This document shows, piece after piece, positions 1-8,936 of a stretch of DNA of 34,769 nt. The position numbers and the translations under genes are program-made. The stretch is from an uncultured Deferribacteres bacterium (GTDB taxonomy: Bacteria; Zhuqueibacterota; Zhuqueibacteria; Zhuqueibacterales; Geothermadaptataceae). Position 1 is the stretch's first letter, and every line of letters starts with the position of its first letter. The notes beneath the pieces were generated by a model. The model saw nothing but the letters and a program-made list of their open reading frames with translations, was not told the origin of the DNA and did not search any database. The stretch is from contig CAXHAT010000078.1 of the NCBI GenBank assembly GCA_964014485.1, forward strand, positions 1-34,769, given 5' to 3'.

Positions 1-640
1 CGATTTGCAGCGCGGGCCACACGAGTTCATCACTTTCAAAAAAGCGTTTTAGTTCTTCGTCTAAAAGCAATCCCGCCGCCGCGTCATCGTCGCCTTCCAG
101 AAGAAAAAAGACGTCGTCAGCTAAATTTTCCGAGGCCTCGAGCTTGAAAAATTCACCCGGTTTCTGTTCTTGCGGAAAAACGACGCGCTGCAAATAGGGC
201 AGATCAAACGAGAACGTCGTGCGAATGGTTTTGTTTTTCAATGCTTCGAGGCTAGTAGAACCGTTGTTTTTCGAGGTCACGATATAAAATCGTTCGACGT
301 TTTGCCCGAATCTGGGAACCTGTGCAACCGGCTTGGCGCTCGCCTTTTTCAAGTTTTTCAAATAGAAGCCCGGCGGCGAAAATACGATAACCGGTTTCTC
401 GTCACGCAAAAAATCTTCGGCTTCTTGCAAGCGATTGAAAATACGGCATTCCGGCGCTTTGCCCTTGAAGAATTTGACGTTCTCGCCAATAAACGCGGCC
501 ATTTTGGATAGGTATTCGCCCGCCAGTTCTTGCGTCGCCGCTTCGTCGCCGGGTTTAAGAATCAGGATTTTGTCCGTCTGCGCGTAGAGCGGACGTCCAG
601 CAAATAAAAAAGCGATTAATAGGATTTTGAAGGTATTCAT
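1..640 (-). CDS. Periplasmic solute-binding protein, PhnD/SsuA-like (3' end runs off the window)
   Basis: Not in the ORF track; translated by hand. ATG at 638-640 overlaps the MMPL stop (ATGA). Reads MNTFKILLIAFLFAGRPLYAQ (signal peptide) and RFYIVTSKNNGSTSLEALKNKTI, a PhnD/SsuA-type motif. The frame is open to the window edge. Confidence 0.65.
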   Translation of the reverse strand, partial: MNTFKILLIAFLFAGRPLYAQTDKILILKPGDEAATQELAGEYLSKMAAFIGENVKFFKGKAPECRIFNRLQEAEDFLRDEKPVIVFSPPGFYLKNLKKASAKPVAQVPRFGQNVERFYIVTSKNNGSTSLEALKNKTIRTTFSFDLPYLQRVVFPQEQKPGEFFKLEASENLADDVFFLLEGDDDAAAGLLLDEELKRFFESDELVWPALQI

Positions 641-3426
641 GATTCAAGTTTGTGGGAAATTGTTGTCGAAGAATTTAAAAGCGTCAAAGCGGCGGGAAGA
701 ACGGTTAATGCGCTAACAAGGATAAACGAAATGCCGCAAAAAAGGATAACGCCAAGCGAGCTCACGCCCATGTGATCGCTGGCCGCCAGCATACCGAAGC
801 CGATCATCGTGGTCAACGCGCTCAGGACGACGGCTTTTACCGCGCCCAAAAACACGCTTCGTTCACCCGTGTGCCAAGCCTTCACCAGATGAACGCCGCA
901 AGCGACGCCAACGCCGATCAAAATTGGCAGCGCAAAGAAATTGGCGAAGTTCCACTTGACCGCCAGCGGCCCCCAGCGCATTAGGCCGAGCAATGCGCCG
1001 ACGCCCGTAACCAGCGGCAGCACCGTCAGCAAGGTCCATTTTATCGATTTCGACCATAGCAAAACAAGCGCAATGATGGTTATGAGAGCGTAGAGCGCGG
1101 CTTCCAGAAAACTAAAAATCAGCATCTGGCCGTTTTCATAAACATTGACCAGGCTTCCAAAAATGCGGCCATGCACGCTTTTGGCGCTTTGCATAAACGC
1201 CGCCAGATTTTCGGATTCCCAGATATTGATGCTCGAATAAATCTGCAGCGCGAAGGAGCCGTCCTTGCCCAAAAATCTCTTTTTCAGTAAAGGCGAAGCG
1301 TTTTGCACTGAAACCGGCGGCGGATTCAAAAACCGCTTAACCTCATTGATCCCTTCGCTAATTTTTGTGAACATCTCGCTTTCCAGACGCTGCAAGTTGG
1401 CGTTAAACTCAGTTTCCGAAACCGCGCTTATCGTGCTGTACAGCGAACTAATTCGTTCGTCCAAACGCGCCAGCGCCCCATACGATTCGGCGCTTGAACG
1501 GCGGAATTTCCGCGTCGTATGTCGGAGCTTGAACAATTCGCGGCGAAGCGCTTGTTTGGAGCCGACATTTCCTGGAGCGACCTTCAATGAGTCCAAAGAA
1601 AGGCTGAGTTTGGCCAATAGCGCACGTTTCTCATTTTCACGAGCCGGGAAAAGGCTTTCCGTTGCCGCAACGTTGGGCGCATTTTCAAAAGCTTTTTGCG
1701 CCGCCGTGAGTTCCTCGCGTGACGAAAACGTCGCTATGGCGAAAAGCGCCCGATCATGCTTACGAATCAGTTGCTTCTGCCAATGGCTGGCCGGGCTGTC
1801 TCCGGCTTGCAGGTTGAGCAGGTTCGTATCGAATTGAAATTGCCCCAGCGCCAATCCTGAGATCATCACAACGCAGCCAATGATGAGCGCCAGGCGCGCG
1901 GAGAGGTGAGACTTTGGCAGAAAGACGGGGATTCTTGAGCTCAAACCTTCGGGCGCCTTGCCTGAGAGCGACTTCGCGCCATTTTTTCTGCGCGAGAATG
2001 ACAAGCGTTGAAAAAGTTGAGATTTCGCGAAATTTGTATCGAGAAAAAGCAGCATGACCGGGTAGACGAAGTACATGCACGCCAGACAAATCAGCAGGCC
2101 GCCGCCCGCGATCAGGCCGAGTTCAGAGAGTCCGACAAAATCCGTGAACCAGCCTGAAAAAAACGCCGCCGCCGTTGTGATGGCGCCCATCCAAAGTGCG
2201 CCGCCAATGGTTTCGTAAGTATGGAAAATCGCTTTTTTCGGCGACAGATTGAGGGATAGCGCCTTTTCATAATGCGTGGTAAAGTGAATGGCGAAATCGA
2301 TGCCGAGAGCCACCAGAACGACGGTAAAAATCATCGCGATCATATTCAGATGACCGACGACAATCCAGGTAAACAGGAACGTCAGCCCGATGGTCAGCGC
2401 CAGACAGATTGCCGCCAGCGCCGGGCGCAAAATATTGCCAAACCCAACAATAAACAAAATTGAAACGAAGACGAGCGTCAGTATCGCGCCGCGGGTGAAA
2501 TCCCAGTGCACGGTTTTCATTTCTTCATATTCCAACGCCGGCAGTCCCGCTAATCCTGCACTTATTTTTACGCCGCGCATTTCCTCCGCCAATGCATCGT
2601 CCAAAACGGACTGCGCGAATTGCATCGCTTGCTCGAAGCGATTTCGCTGCTCCGGCTGCCCCATAACTTGCGCGTAAACGGTGAGCATTTTGCCGTCTTG
2701 CGTAAAGAAATACCCGTCCGGGTCAAACTGTCCAAAACCGGGAATTGACGGCAACTTGGGTGAGCTTCCGTTGCCCGATCCATTCCCAAAACCACTTGGC
2801 CCAAGCTCGTGATTCAGCGTTTCAAAAAGCGTTTCCAACCCTGAAAGCGCTGCTTGCGCTTGAGCGGGATTCTTTTGAGCGGCGTTACCGTCAATGTCAT
2901 TTATTGTCGTGTTGATCGTCGAAACGAGATTTTGCACGGACGGTTTTTCCAGCAATGGGCGCGCTGTCGACCAATAGCGCCGAAAAGCATGAACCATCGC
3001 TTCGATCTGCTCATACGGCAAGTAGAGCAAGGCGTGCTCGCCTAACTCGCTCGGATCGACGCGCTCAAAAACGTTTGGAAACACATCCGGACGCGTGCGC
3101 ATCTTCTCCGCCCACGACGCGGCAACGCGCTTCATCGCTTCGCGGCCCTGGCTTTTCAAACTTCCGCCAGCGGAATCTTCCGCTTCAACGACCAAAACCA
3201 GGACGTCCTGGGTAAAGCCGAATTCTTCCTTGTAACGGTCGAAGCGCTGGTTGTGCAAAGCGCTGCGATCCGCCATGCGCTCCCGATCAGTGGTGATTTC
3301 CAAGTGGAAAAAATAGATGTAGAACCCGAAAAGTCCGGGGACAATTGCCACCAGAAGCGTGAACGCCGCCTTTTGCATGCTCAGCTTTTCGGCGAATCTC
3401 TTTATTTTTGAGAAGTGTTGTAACAA
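637..3426 (-). CDS. MMPL/RND family transporter, HpnN-like
   Basis: 929 aa with two TM repeats and large periplasmic loops. Motifs LVALGIDFAIHF and LPILIGVGVACGVHLV...SALTTMIGFGML. Start uncertain (TTG 3426 or ATG 3378). Confidence 0.85.
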   Translation of the reverse strand: MLQHFSKIKRFAEKLSMQKAAFTLLVAIVPGLFGFYIYFFHLEITTDRERMADRSALHNQRFDRYKEEFGFTQDVLVLVVEAEDSAGGSLKSQGREAMKRVAASWAEKMRTRPDVFPNVFERVDPSELGEHALLYLPYEQIEAMVHAFRRYWSTARPLLEKPSVQNLVSTINTTINDIDGNAAQKNPAQAQAALSGLETLFETLNHELGPSGFGNGSGNGSSPKLPSIPGFGQFDPDGYFFTQDGKMLTVYAQVMGQPEQRNRFEQAMQFAQSVLDDALAEEMRGVKISAGLAGLPALEYEEMKTVHWDFTRGAILTLVFVSILFIVGFGNILRPALAAICLALTIGLTFLFTWIVVGHLNMIAMIFTVVLVALGIDFAIHFTTHYEKALSLNLSPKKAIFHTYETIGGALWMGAITTAAAFFSGWFTDFVGLSELGLIAGGGLLICLACMYFVYPVMLLFLDTNFAKSQLFQRLSFSRRKNGAKSLSGKAPEGLSSRIPVFLPKSHLSARLALIIGCVVMISGLALGQFQFDTNLLNLQAGDSPASHWQKQLIRKHDRALFAIATFSSREELTAAQKAFENAPNVAATESLFPARENEKRALLAKLSLSLDSLKVAPGNVGSKQALRRELFKLRHTTRKFRRSSAESYGALARLDERISSLYSTISAVSETEFNANLQRLESEMFTKISEGINEVKRFLNPPPVSVQNASPLLKKRFLGKDGSFALQIYSSINIWESENLAAFMQSAKSVHGRIFGSLVNVYENGQMLIFSFLEAALYALITIIALVLLWSKSIKWTLLTVLPLVTGVGALLGLMRWGPLAVKWNFANFFALPILIGVGVACGVHLVKAWHTGERSVFLGAVKAVVLSALTTMIGFGMLAASDHMGVSSLGVILFCGISFILVSALTVLPAALTLLNSSTTISHKLES

Positions 3427-3740
3427 GAAAGCTCCTGAATTTTGCGATGATCGACCATAACACTCAACCGTTCACCGCAACTAACAAATCAATGATAAAC
3501 AAAGGTTTACTCTACCGTTCGAGGCAAAGACAAACGGGCGGAAAACTAATGAAGGCGCCCAAAAGAGTCAATTCTTTTCGCGTTTTTTGTGGCAAGCTTT
3601 CACGGTGCGTGGTTATGTGCTTTTGGCGGGAATTATCCTGATAAAGCAGAAATCGCAGGCTATTTTCTTGTAGATTTGATATAGTTACTAACTCATGTTA
3701 CGCGCGTTAACGCACACCTTGAGTGTTCGGGCAAGTCTGA

Positions 3741-3874
3741 TCTCATTAGCGCCGGGCTTCAGCCCGGTGACGCGCAAAACGCCCATTTTCATCTCTTCCG
3801 CCGCGCTGGCGCGGCGGAAGAGATGAGATGGCCGTCTTCAAAAATCTCCGCTCTGAAGAGCGGCGCTAATGAGA
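3741..3874. repeat. REPIN-like palindromic element: two inverted REP hairpins around a central 18-bp palindrome
   Basis: Outer IR TCTCATTAGCGCCG (3741-3754) / CGGCGCTAATGAGA (3861-3874). Hairpins CCGGGCTTCAGCCCGG and CCGCTCTGAAGAGCGG. Perfect 18-bp stem 3789-3806/3809-3826. Confidence 0.85.
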
Positions 3875-4001
3875 ATCAAAAGTTGCCCGCAGGCTTTGAT
3901 CGCGGGCGCCAAACGACGTATGTGTATCATCAATTACTAACTGGCATGGACTGATTGCTTGGTGCAGGGAAAAGCGTGATTTAACCGTATTATGAAAATC
4001 G

Positions 4002-5405
4002 ATGGCGACATTACAGGAAAACTTCGAAAAGCTGCTTAAAAACAAACGTGCGATACTGGCAATTCTGCCCGGATCGTTGCTGCTCGTCTTGTTTGCTTTC
4101 AATTTGGCCGGATGGTTTTTTCTTGGCCAGTTCGAGAAAACCTTGGAAGCCGAACTTGGCGAACGTTTAAAGCGCATCGCCGGCTTGAGCGCCAAAATCA
4201 TCGAAAAAGAGATTCGCCGCGTGGAGCAGGGTTCCGGCTTCGATGACCTTGCTTTGGCTCTGTCGCAAATCGATGATCTGCCGGAGCGCGCCAAGCAGTT
4301 AATTTTGCAGGATATGCTTTTGATCCAGGAAGAAAATCAACTGGAAGCCCTGCACATCGTCGATTTGAATTTTGTAGCCTTCATCTCCTTGCCGGAGACC
4401 GGGTTTAAGCCGGGCGAGACCATTCCGTATTTTCAGGAAGACAGCACCCGAATTGAAATCGCCGTTTTGGGCGCGCCTGAGACTTCATTGCTGCGTGAAT
4501 TTGAAGGCAGTAAATTTAAATCGGGCTACGCAAGAATCGAGAACGCTTACGGCGAAGTGATCGCCGTTGTCGCCGCGGAAGCCTCCGCAGATTTTTTCGC
4601 GATTTTGGATCGTATCGAAAACGGTTTGATTTTAGGGATATTTTTAAGCTTAACGTTAGTTCTTATTTATGGAGCGTTCACGCTTTGGGTGGTTGCGCTT
4701 TTTGTCAGGCTGCAGGAAACCATGCGGCGCCAAGATCGGTTGGCGGCAATGGGACGCATGGCCGCGACTGTCGCCCATGAAGTTCGCAACCCGCTTGGCA
4801 TCATCAAGAGCACGGCGGAAGTGCTCAAAAGTCTCTATCAAAAAGAAGAAAACGAGTTGTTCGATTTCATCCCGTCCGAAGTCGATCGGCTCAACAGATT
4901 GGTCAGCGATTTTTTGACTTTTGCTCGCGACAAGCGACTGGATTTGGTTGATCATAACCTAAGCGAGACCGTCGAACGCGCAATTTCCGACGTAGAACGA
5001 GAGCCGAATTCTCAAAAAGTGAAGATCAGTTTTTCTACGTCCCGAGATGCGAGCGCCGTCCCCCACAATGCGGACGGAATTCGCCAAGTCATGCTGAATT
5101 TGATTCGAAACGCCGTTGAAGCCATGGACGGTGCGGGACGCATCGATATTTCAATTGCAATAAACGGGAAAAAGAGCTCTGGAGAAGCGATGATAGAAAT
5201 CAAGGATTCGGGACCTGGCCTGCCAAGCGCCCCCGACAAGCTTTTCGAGCCGTTTTTTACGACCAAAACCAAGGGCAGCGGCTTAGGACTTGCCGTCACT
5301 CAGCAAATTATTGAACGGCATAACGGTTCGATAACCGCCAGGAATACTGAAACGGGCGGCGCCTGCATTACATTGCGGCTGCCGTCAACGCAAAAAGAGG
5401 CGTAA
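4002..5405 (+). CDS. Membrane-bound sensor histidine kinase (HisKA + HATPase_c)
   Basis: Two TM helices flank a periplasmic domain. H-box VAHEVRNPL, N-box NLIRNA, G1 DSGPG, F-box FEPFFTTK, G2 GSGLGL. Confidence 0.93.
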   Translation: MATLQENFEKLLKNKRAILAILPGSLLLVLFAFNLAGWFFLGQFEKTLEAELGERLKRIAGLSAKIIEKEIRRVEQGSGFDDLALALSQIDDLPERAKQLILQDMLLIQEENQLEALHIVDLNFVAFISLPETGFKPGETIPYFQEDSTRIEIAVLGAPETSLLREFEGSKFKSGYARIENAYGEVIAVVAAEASADFFAILDRIENGLILGIFLSLTLVLIYGAFTLWVVALFVRLQETMRRQDRLAAMGRMAATVAHEVRNPLGIIKSTAEVLKSLYQKEENELFDFIPSEVDRLNRLVSDFLTFARDKRLDLVDHNLSETVERAISDVEREPNSQKVKISFSTSRDASAVPHNADGIRQVMLNLIRNAVEAMDGAGRIDISIAINGKKSSGEAMIEIKDSGPGLPSAPDKLFEPFFTTKTKGSGLGLAVTQQIIERHNGSITARNTETGGACITLRLPSTQKEA

Positions 5406-5510
5406 ACGCCGCCTTTACGACTCTGTCTAAAACTGAAGCCGACAAATTCAATGGAGCGGGTAAATAGCCAAATCGCTTGCTTTCAGAACGAAATATATTT
5501 AGCCTGCTTT

Positions 5511-5714
5511 TCACGACCTGACACTTTTTGTATAGGCTTCTAAAACTGGCGAAAAAGTCGGAATTGTCATGCGAAAGCATCTTTTTTAATCAGCCCTTTG
5601 AACTTTTGAGCATGATCTGCACTGGGCGATAACAAAGATTCCTTCAGAATGACAAAATCGGGACCTTTCAACGGTTCGAAAATGCTGTTTACAAAAAGTG
5701 TCAGGTAGAGAGAA
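5511..5714. mobile_element. MITE-like non-autonomous element, copy 1
   Basis: Perfect 17-bp TIR ACCTGACACTTTTTGTA (5516-5532) / TACAAAAAGTGTCAGGT (5690-5706). Flanking direct repeat CCTGCTTT (5503-5510, 5715-5722). Homologous to 17721-17926. Confidence 0.85.
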
Positions 5715-5755
5715 CCTGCTTTAGAATTTTAGAGTCGTAAATACACAATTCTCAA

Positions 5756-7039
5756 ATGATATACGGAAGTTTTATGCTTTTCAAGTTACAGCCGCTCCGC
5801 CATGTGTTCCTTTGCCTGGCGCTTGCAACGATGGTTCTGGGGTGCGCCAGTTCAACCACCTCCCGCGCTCGGATTATCGCGCAAGAAACGCCGCTCGCAT
5901 TCTCGGCAAGGGCGCTAAACGTCCCGTTCGACAAGCCGGGCTACGGCAAGGTTCTGATCATCGCCGAAGTTCGTTTTCTCGACCTGCAGTTCACCAAAGC
6001 TGACAGCATGTACTACGCCGGAGTGGAAGCGACTTTTACTCTCGAAAGCCACCAAAACTCTGAACAAATTATTCTTCAAGATATTGAAAAAGATGTTGTG
6101 GTCGGCAGTTTCCTCGAAGCGGCTTCCCCGGACAGCGTTCTTCGAATTGTGCATGAACTTGAGGCGCAATACGGCAATTATACCGCGAAGATTTTGATCT
6201 CTGACAAGAATTCGAGCGGCGCCGGAGGGGTTTCCCACATCATCCAGGTTCGGGATTTACGAACGACTTTTTCGATAACAGAGCCGCTTTTAACTAGAGA
6301 AGCGTTGACCCGATTCGACGTCAACAAACTCATTCCGTTAAAAACGCAAAGTTTTACCGATGACTTTTTCGCTATCGTGATGTTGGGCGGTCTCAAAGCC
6401 GAGCAACCGATCTCCATCGGTTACCGCTTGACGGATACGCAAGAGACCACGCTGTACGAAAGAAGCGTCAACGTTTCTCCTGACCAATCGACCGTATTGA
6501 TTTCTCTTCCCATTCCGGCGGACAAGCTTGCGATTGGCACAACGATTCTTCGCGTTGCCGCTTCGCAACTGGGCCAAACCGTTTCCAGCGTTTTGCGAAT
6601 CAAGGCCACCTTGGGTTATACCGCGAGCAAGGAGATGGACATCGGGACCTTGGTCGGGCCAATGCGCTACGTCATGAACAAATCGCAATTCAATGAACTT
6701 CGCAATGCGACGCCGGAAGAACAGGCGGAGCTTTTTGGAGAGTTTTGGAAAAAGCGTGATCCGACGCCGAAAAACGACGCGAATCCGCTGCTGGATGAAT
6801 TTTATCGGCGCGTTGAGGTCGCAAACGCGCGATTTGATTGGGCGGGAACGCCGGGTTTTGAAACTGATCGCGGCCGCACCTTGATTGAATACGGCCCGCC
6901 GGATTCAATAGAAAACACCAACCGCGTCGGTTCTGTAACGAATTATGAAATTTGGATTTATCACGAATTTCGGCGACGCTTCGTCTTCATCGACCGACAC
7001 AATGACGGCAACTACCAGCTTCTCACGAGTACGCAATAA
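5756..7039 (+). CDS. GWxTD domain-containing lipoprotein
   Basis: Lipobox VLGC. C-terminal FWKKRDPTP...EFYRRVEVAN..F...GFETDRGRTLIEYGPPD...YEIWIY is typical of the GWxTD domain. Start may be the second Met (5774). Confidence 0.85.
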   Translation: MIYGSFMLFKLQPLRHVFLCLALATMVLGCASSTTSRARIIAQETPLAFSARALNVPFDKPGYGKVLIIAEVRFLDLQFTKADSMYYAGVEATFTLESHQNSEQIILQDIEKDVVVGSFLEAASPDSVLRIVHELEAQYGNYTAKILISDKNSSGAGGVSHIIQVRDLRTTFSITEPLLTREALTRFDVNKLIPLKTQSFTDDFFAIVMLGGLKAEQPISIGYRLTDTQETTLYERSVNVSPDQSTVLISLPIPADKLAIGTTILRVAASQLGQTVSSVLRIKATLGYTASKEMDIGTLVGPMRYVMNKSQFNELRNATPEEQAELFGEFWKKRDPTPKNDANPLLDEFYRRVEVANARFDWAGTPGFETDRGRTLIEYGPPDSIENTNRVGSVTNYEIWIYHEFRRRFVFIDRHNDGNYQLLTSTQ

Positions 7040-7052
7040 AGTCGTTTTAAGG

Positions 7053-7820
7053 TCAACCGATCCAGTCAGAATCTTTATCGCCCGCACGATGCAGTGGAAT
7101 TTTGATTGAACACAAAGCTTCGTCGGCGTCGTAACGCCAGGTTAATTCCACACCCGCCGCATTGAGCTCAGCTTCAACCGCTTGCGCGAACAAGCCCAGA
7201 AACTCATCGTTGCATTGATCCGTCTGGAAAGGTAACAAATACGTTTTATCCCCTGCTTCCCGCCACGAATCATCGGCCCCAAGAATTGAACCGCTCGTCT
7301 TCCAATTCACGAGGTATGCATTTTCGCCTTTTTTCCCCTCTAAAATGATCAATTTTTCGATCTGATCGGATACGGCCCCAAACTCCTTGATCGCGGAGAT
7401 AATCGTATAGCACAAAAGCGCAAAAGCGGCCGGGCCAAGATTGAGCGCCGCATGATTCTCGATCTCTTGACTTTCGAGCCTTAGGCCGTCACGCCGCCAA
7501 TGGGCGTTCATGACCATAGAAAGGCTTTCAATAATCCGCCTTGCGTTAATCAGACGATCTCCCTCGTTTTGCGCCTTAACAATTACGCGAGCGGCGTCAC
7601 TCAACTGCACCAGCTTTTCAATGCTAGGCGCAACCGTCGACATTAATTCGCGCACAAAACGGCGTTCCAGGTTGTCATCGTCCAGCATTTTAGCGCCGCT
7701 TGAAAGCGCGGTAAGCGGATTATTTATTTCGTGCAAAAAGGACGGGATGCTTCTCGCGATCATCTTGCTGTAAGCGTAATCGAACAGCAGTTTTTGAGGA
7801 AAGCCTTCAAATTGTTCCAC
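7053..7820 (-). CDS. Sensorless histidine-kinase-like protein (intact DHp, degenerate ATPase domain); possible phosphotransferase
   Basis: H-box FLHEINNPL is present. No recognisable N, G1 or F boxes, and no TM or sensor domain. Confidence 0.65.
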   Translation of the reverse strand: MEQFEGFPQKLLFDYAYSKMIARSIPSFLHEINNPLTALSSGAKMLDDDNLERRFVRELMSTVAPSIEKLVQLSDAARVIVKAQNEGDRLINARRIIESLSMVMNAHWRRDGLRLESQEIENHAALNLGPAAFALLCYTIISAIKEFGAVSDQIEKLIILEGKKGENAYLVNWKTSGSILGADDSWREAGDKTYLLPFQTDQCNDEFLGLFAQAVEAELNAAGVELTWRYDADEALCSIKIPLHRAGDKDSDWIG

Positions 7821-7822
7821 TC

Positions 7823-8617
7823 TTACTGCCCCCGGAGAAAAAAGTAGAACCCAGCGCCAAAACTAATCTGAAAGACGCCGTAACTCGCGGCGGCGTATCG
7901 GTCGAAACGCTTGGTTCGGTTAAACAATGCGTCGGCGTGATTTGGCTCTGCGGTTGCATTATATTCGTCAAATAAATTGTCGGCTTTCTGTTTAAGCAAA
8001 ATGGCGGAGAGCGCGGAAGCGAAACTAACGCCGGCCAGTAAATAGGCGTTTCTTTTTCTCTTCGCCTTTTTGCCGCGGAGCGATTCCTGCAATCTTGCAA
8101 TTTGCGCTTCCCGGAAATCATTAATTGGCCGTAATTCCACCATTCTCAAACTCGGCGTTTCCGGCGAGCATACTATTTCGCTTGCCGTGAAGCCCGGCTT
8201 TGCAATTTGTAATGTTCGCGTGGCTGTGTCCGGGATAGAGAAAACGAAAGGCGTGGTTCCAAGCTCAAAGCCATTAGCCAAAACGCGCGCGCCAAACGGC
8301 TTGCTGCGAATTTGATAATTTCGCTGAATTTCAGCTTCAATAAAAAGCGTATCTCCAGCGGCAACCGGGATATTTTTCACCCAATCCGGAGCCGCCCAAC
8401 TCTGGCTTTCGTTCGTTCGAATGAGCACTTCAACCTCCCCCGCTCCGACGGTCAAATCTTCGACCGGCGTTCTGCCGACGGAGACACCGTTGACAAAAAC
8501 TTCGTAACCAGGGCTGGAAGTTTCGATGCTCAAACGCCCGGTTGGCTCCAAGAATTGTGCATTCATCAGATTGGAAAGCAGGAAAAACAATGGGGTAAAA
8601 ACAACGGTTTGAAACAT
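7823..8617 (-). CDS. PEGA domain-containing exported protein
   Basis: Signal peptide, two PEGA repeats (SSPGYEVFVNGVSVGRTP; SKPFGARVLANGFELGTTP...IAKPGF) and a C-terminal hydrophobic helical hairpin. Confidence 0.85.
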   Translation of the reverse strand: MFQTVVFTPLFFLLSNLMNAQFLEPTGRLSIETSSPGYEVFVNGVSVGRTPVEDLTVGAGEVEVLIRTNESQSWAAPDWVKNIPVAAGDTLFIEAEIQRNYQIRSKPFGARVLANGFELGTTPFVFSIPDTATRTLQIAKPGFTASEIVCSPETPSLRMVELRPINDFREAQIARLQESLRGKKAKRKRNAYLLAGVSFASALSAILLKQKADNLFDEYNATAEPNHADALFNRTKRFDRYAAASYGVFQISFGAGFYFFLRGQ

Positions 8618-8684
8618 GAAATCTATTGTCTACAAATTTGGCAAAGTCTAAAAACAGTTTTTATTTGAGCGCCATAAATCGACG

Positions 8685-8891
8685 CTACAGATTTTTTGAT
8701 ATTCTTACGAGAGCAAACATTGCCGCAATATGAAATACAACGACGACAAAAAAAGACAATTGCAGCATTCCCCATTCGAGCGTCAGATCAGGCTCGCCGT
8801 GCGCAATATCCGTCAAGGCGAGAAAGCTGAGAATCATTGCGATAATTGATAAAACGCCCAGAGCCAACGTGATTCCAATTGTATTTTTCAT
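8685..8891 (-). CDS. Small two-TM membrane protein, hypothetical
   Basis: 68 aa, two hydrophobic helices joined by DIAHGEPD. Co-oriented with its neighbours. Confidence 0.65.
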   Translation of the reverse strand: MKNTIGITLALGVLSIIAMILSFLALTDIAHGEPDLTLEWGMLQLSFFVVVVFHIAAMFALVRISKNL

Positions 8892-8936
8892 GGTCTTTCC
8901 GCCAGCTTCGTAGCTTTTTTCGATTTTTTGCCCGAA

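Noticed and set aside
170..511. 113-aa plus-strand ORF
   Set aside because: Antisense to the better-supported minus-strand solute-binding protein gene (1-640).
3941..3960. TGGCA...TTGCT resembling a sigma54 promoter before the kinase
   Set aside because: The GG-to-GC spacing is 12 nt rather than the required 10.
5368..5580. Short ORFs over the MITE copies (also 17740-17946)
   Set aside because: No transposase motifs, and the reading frames are not conserved between the two copies.
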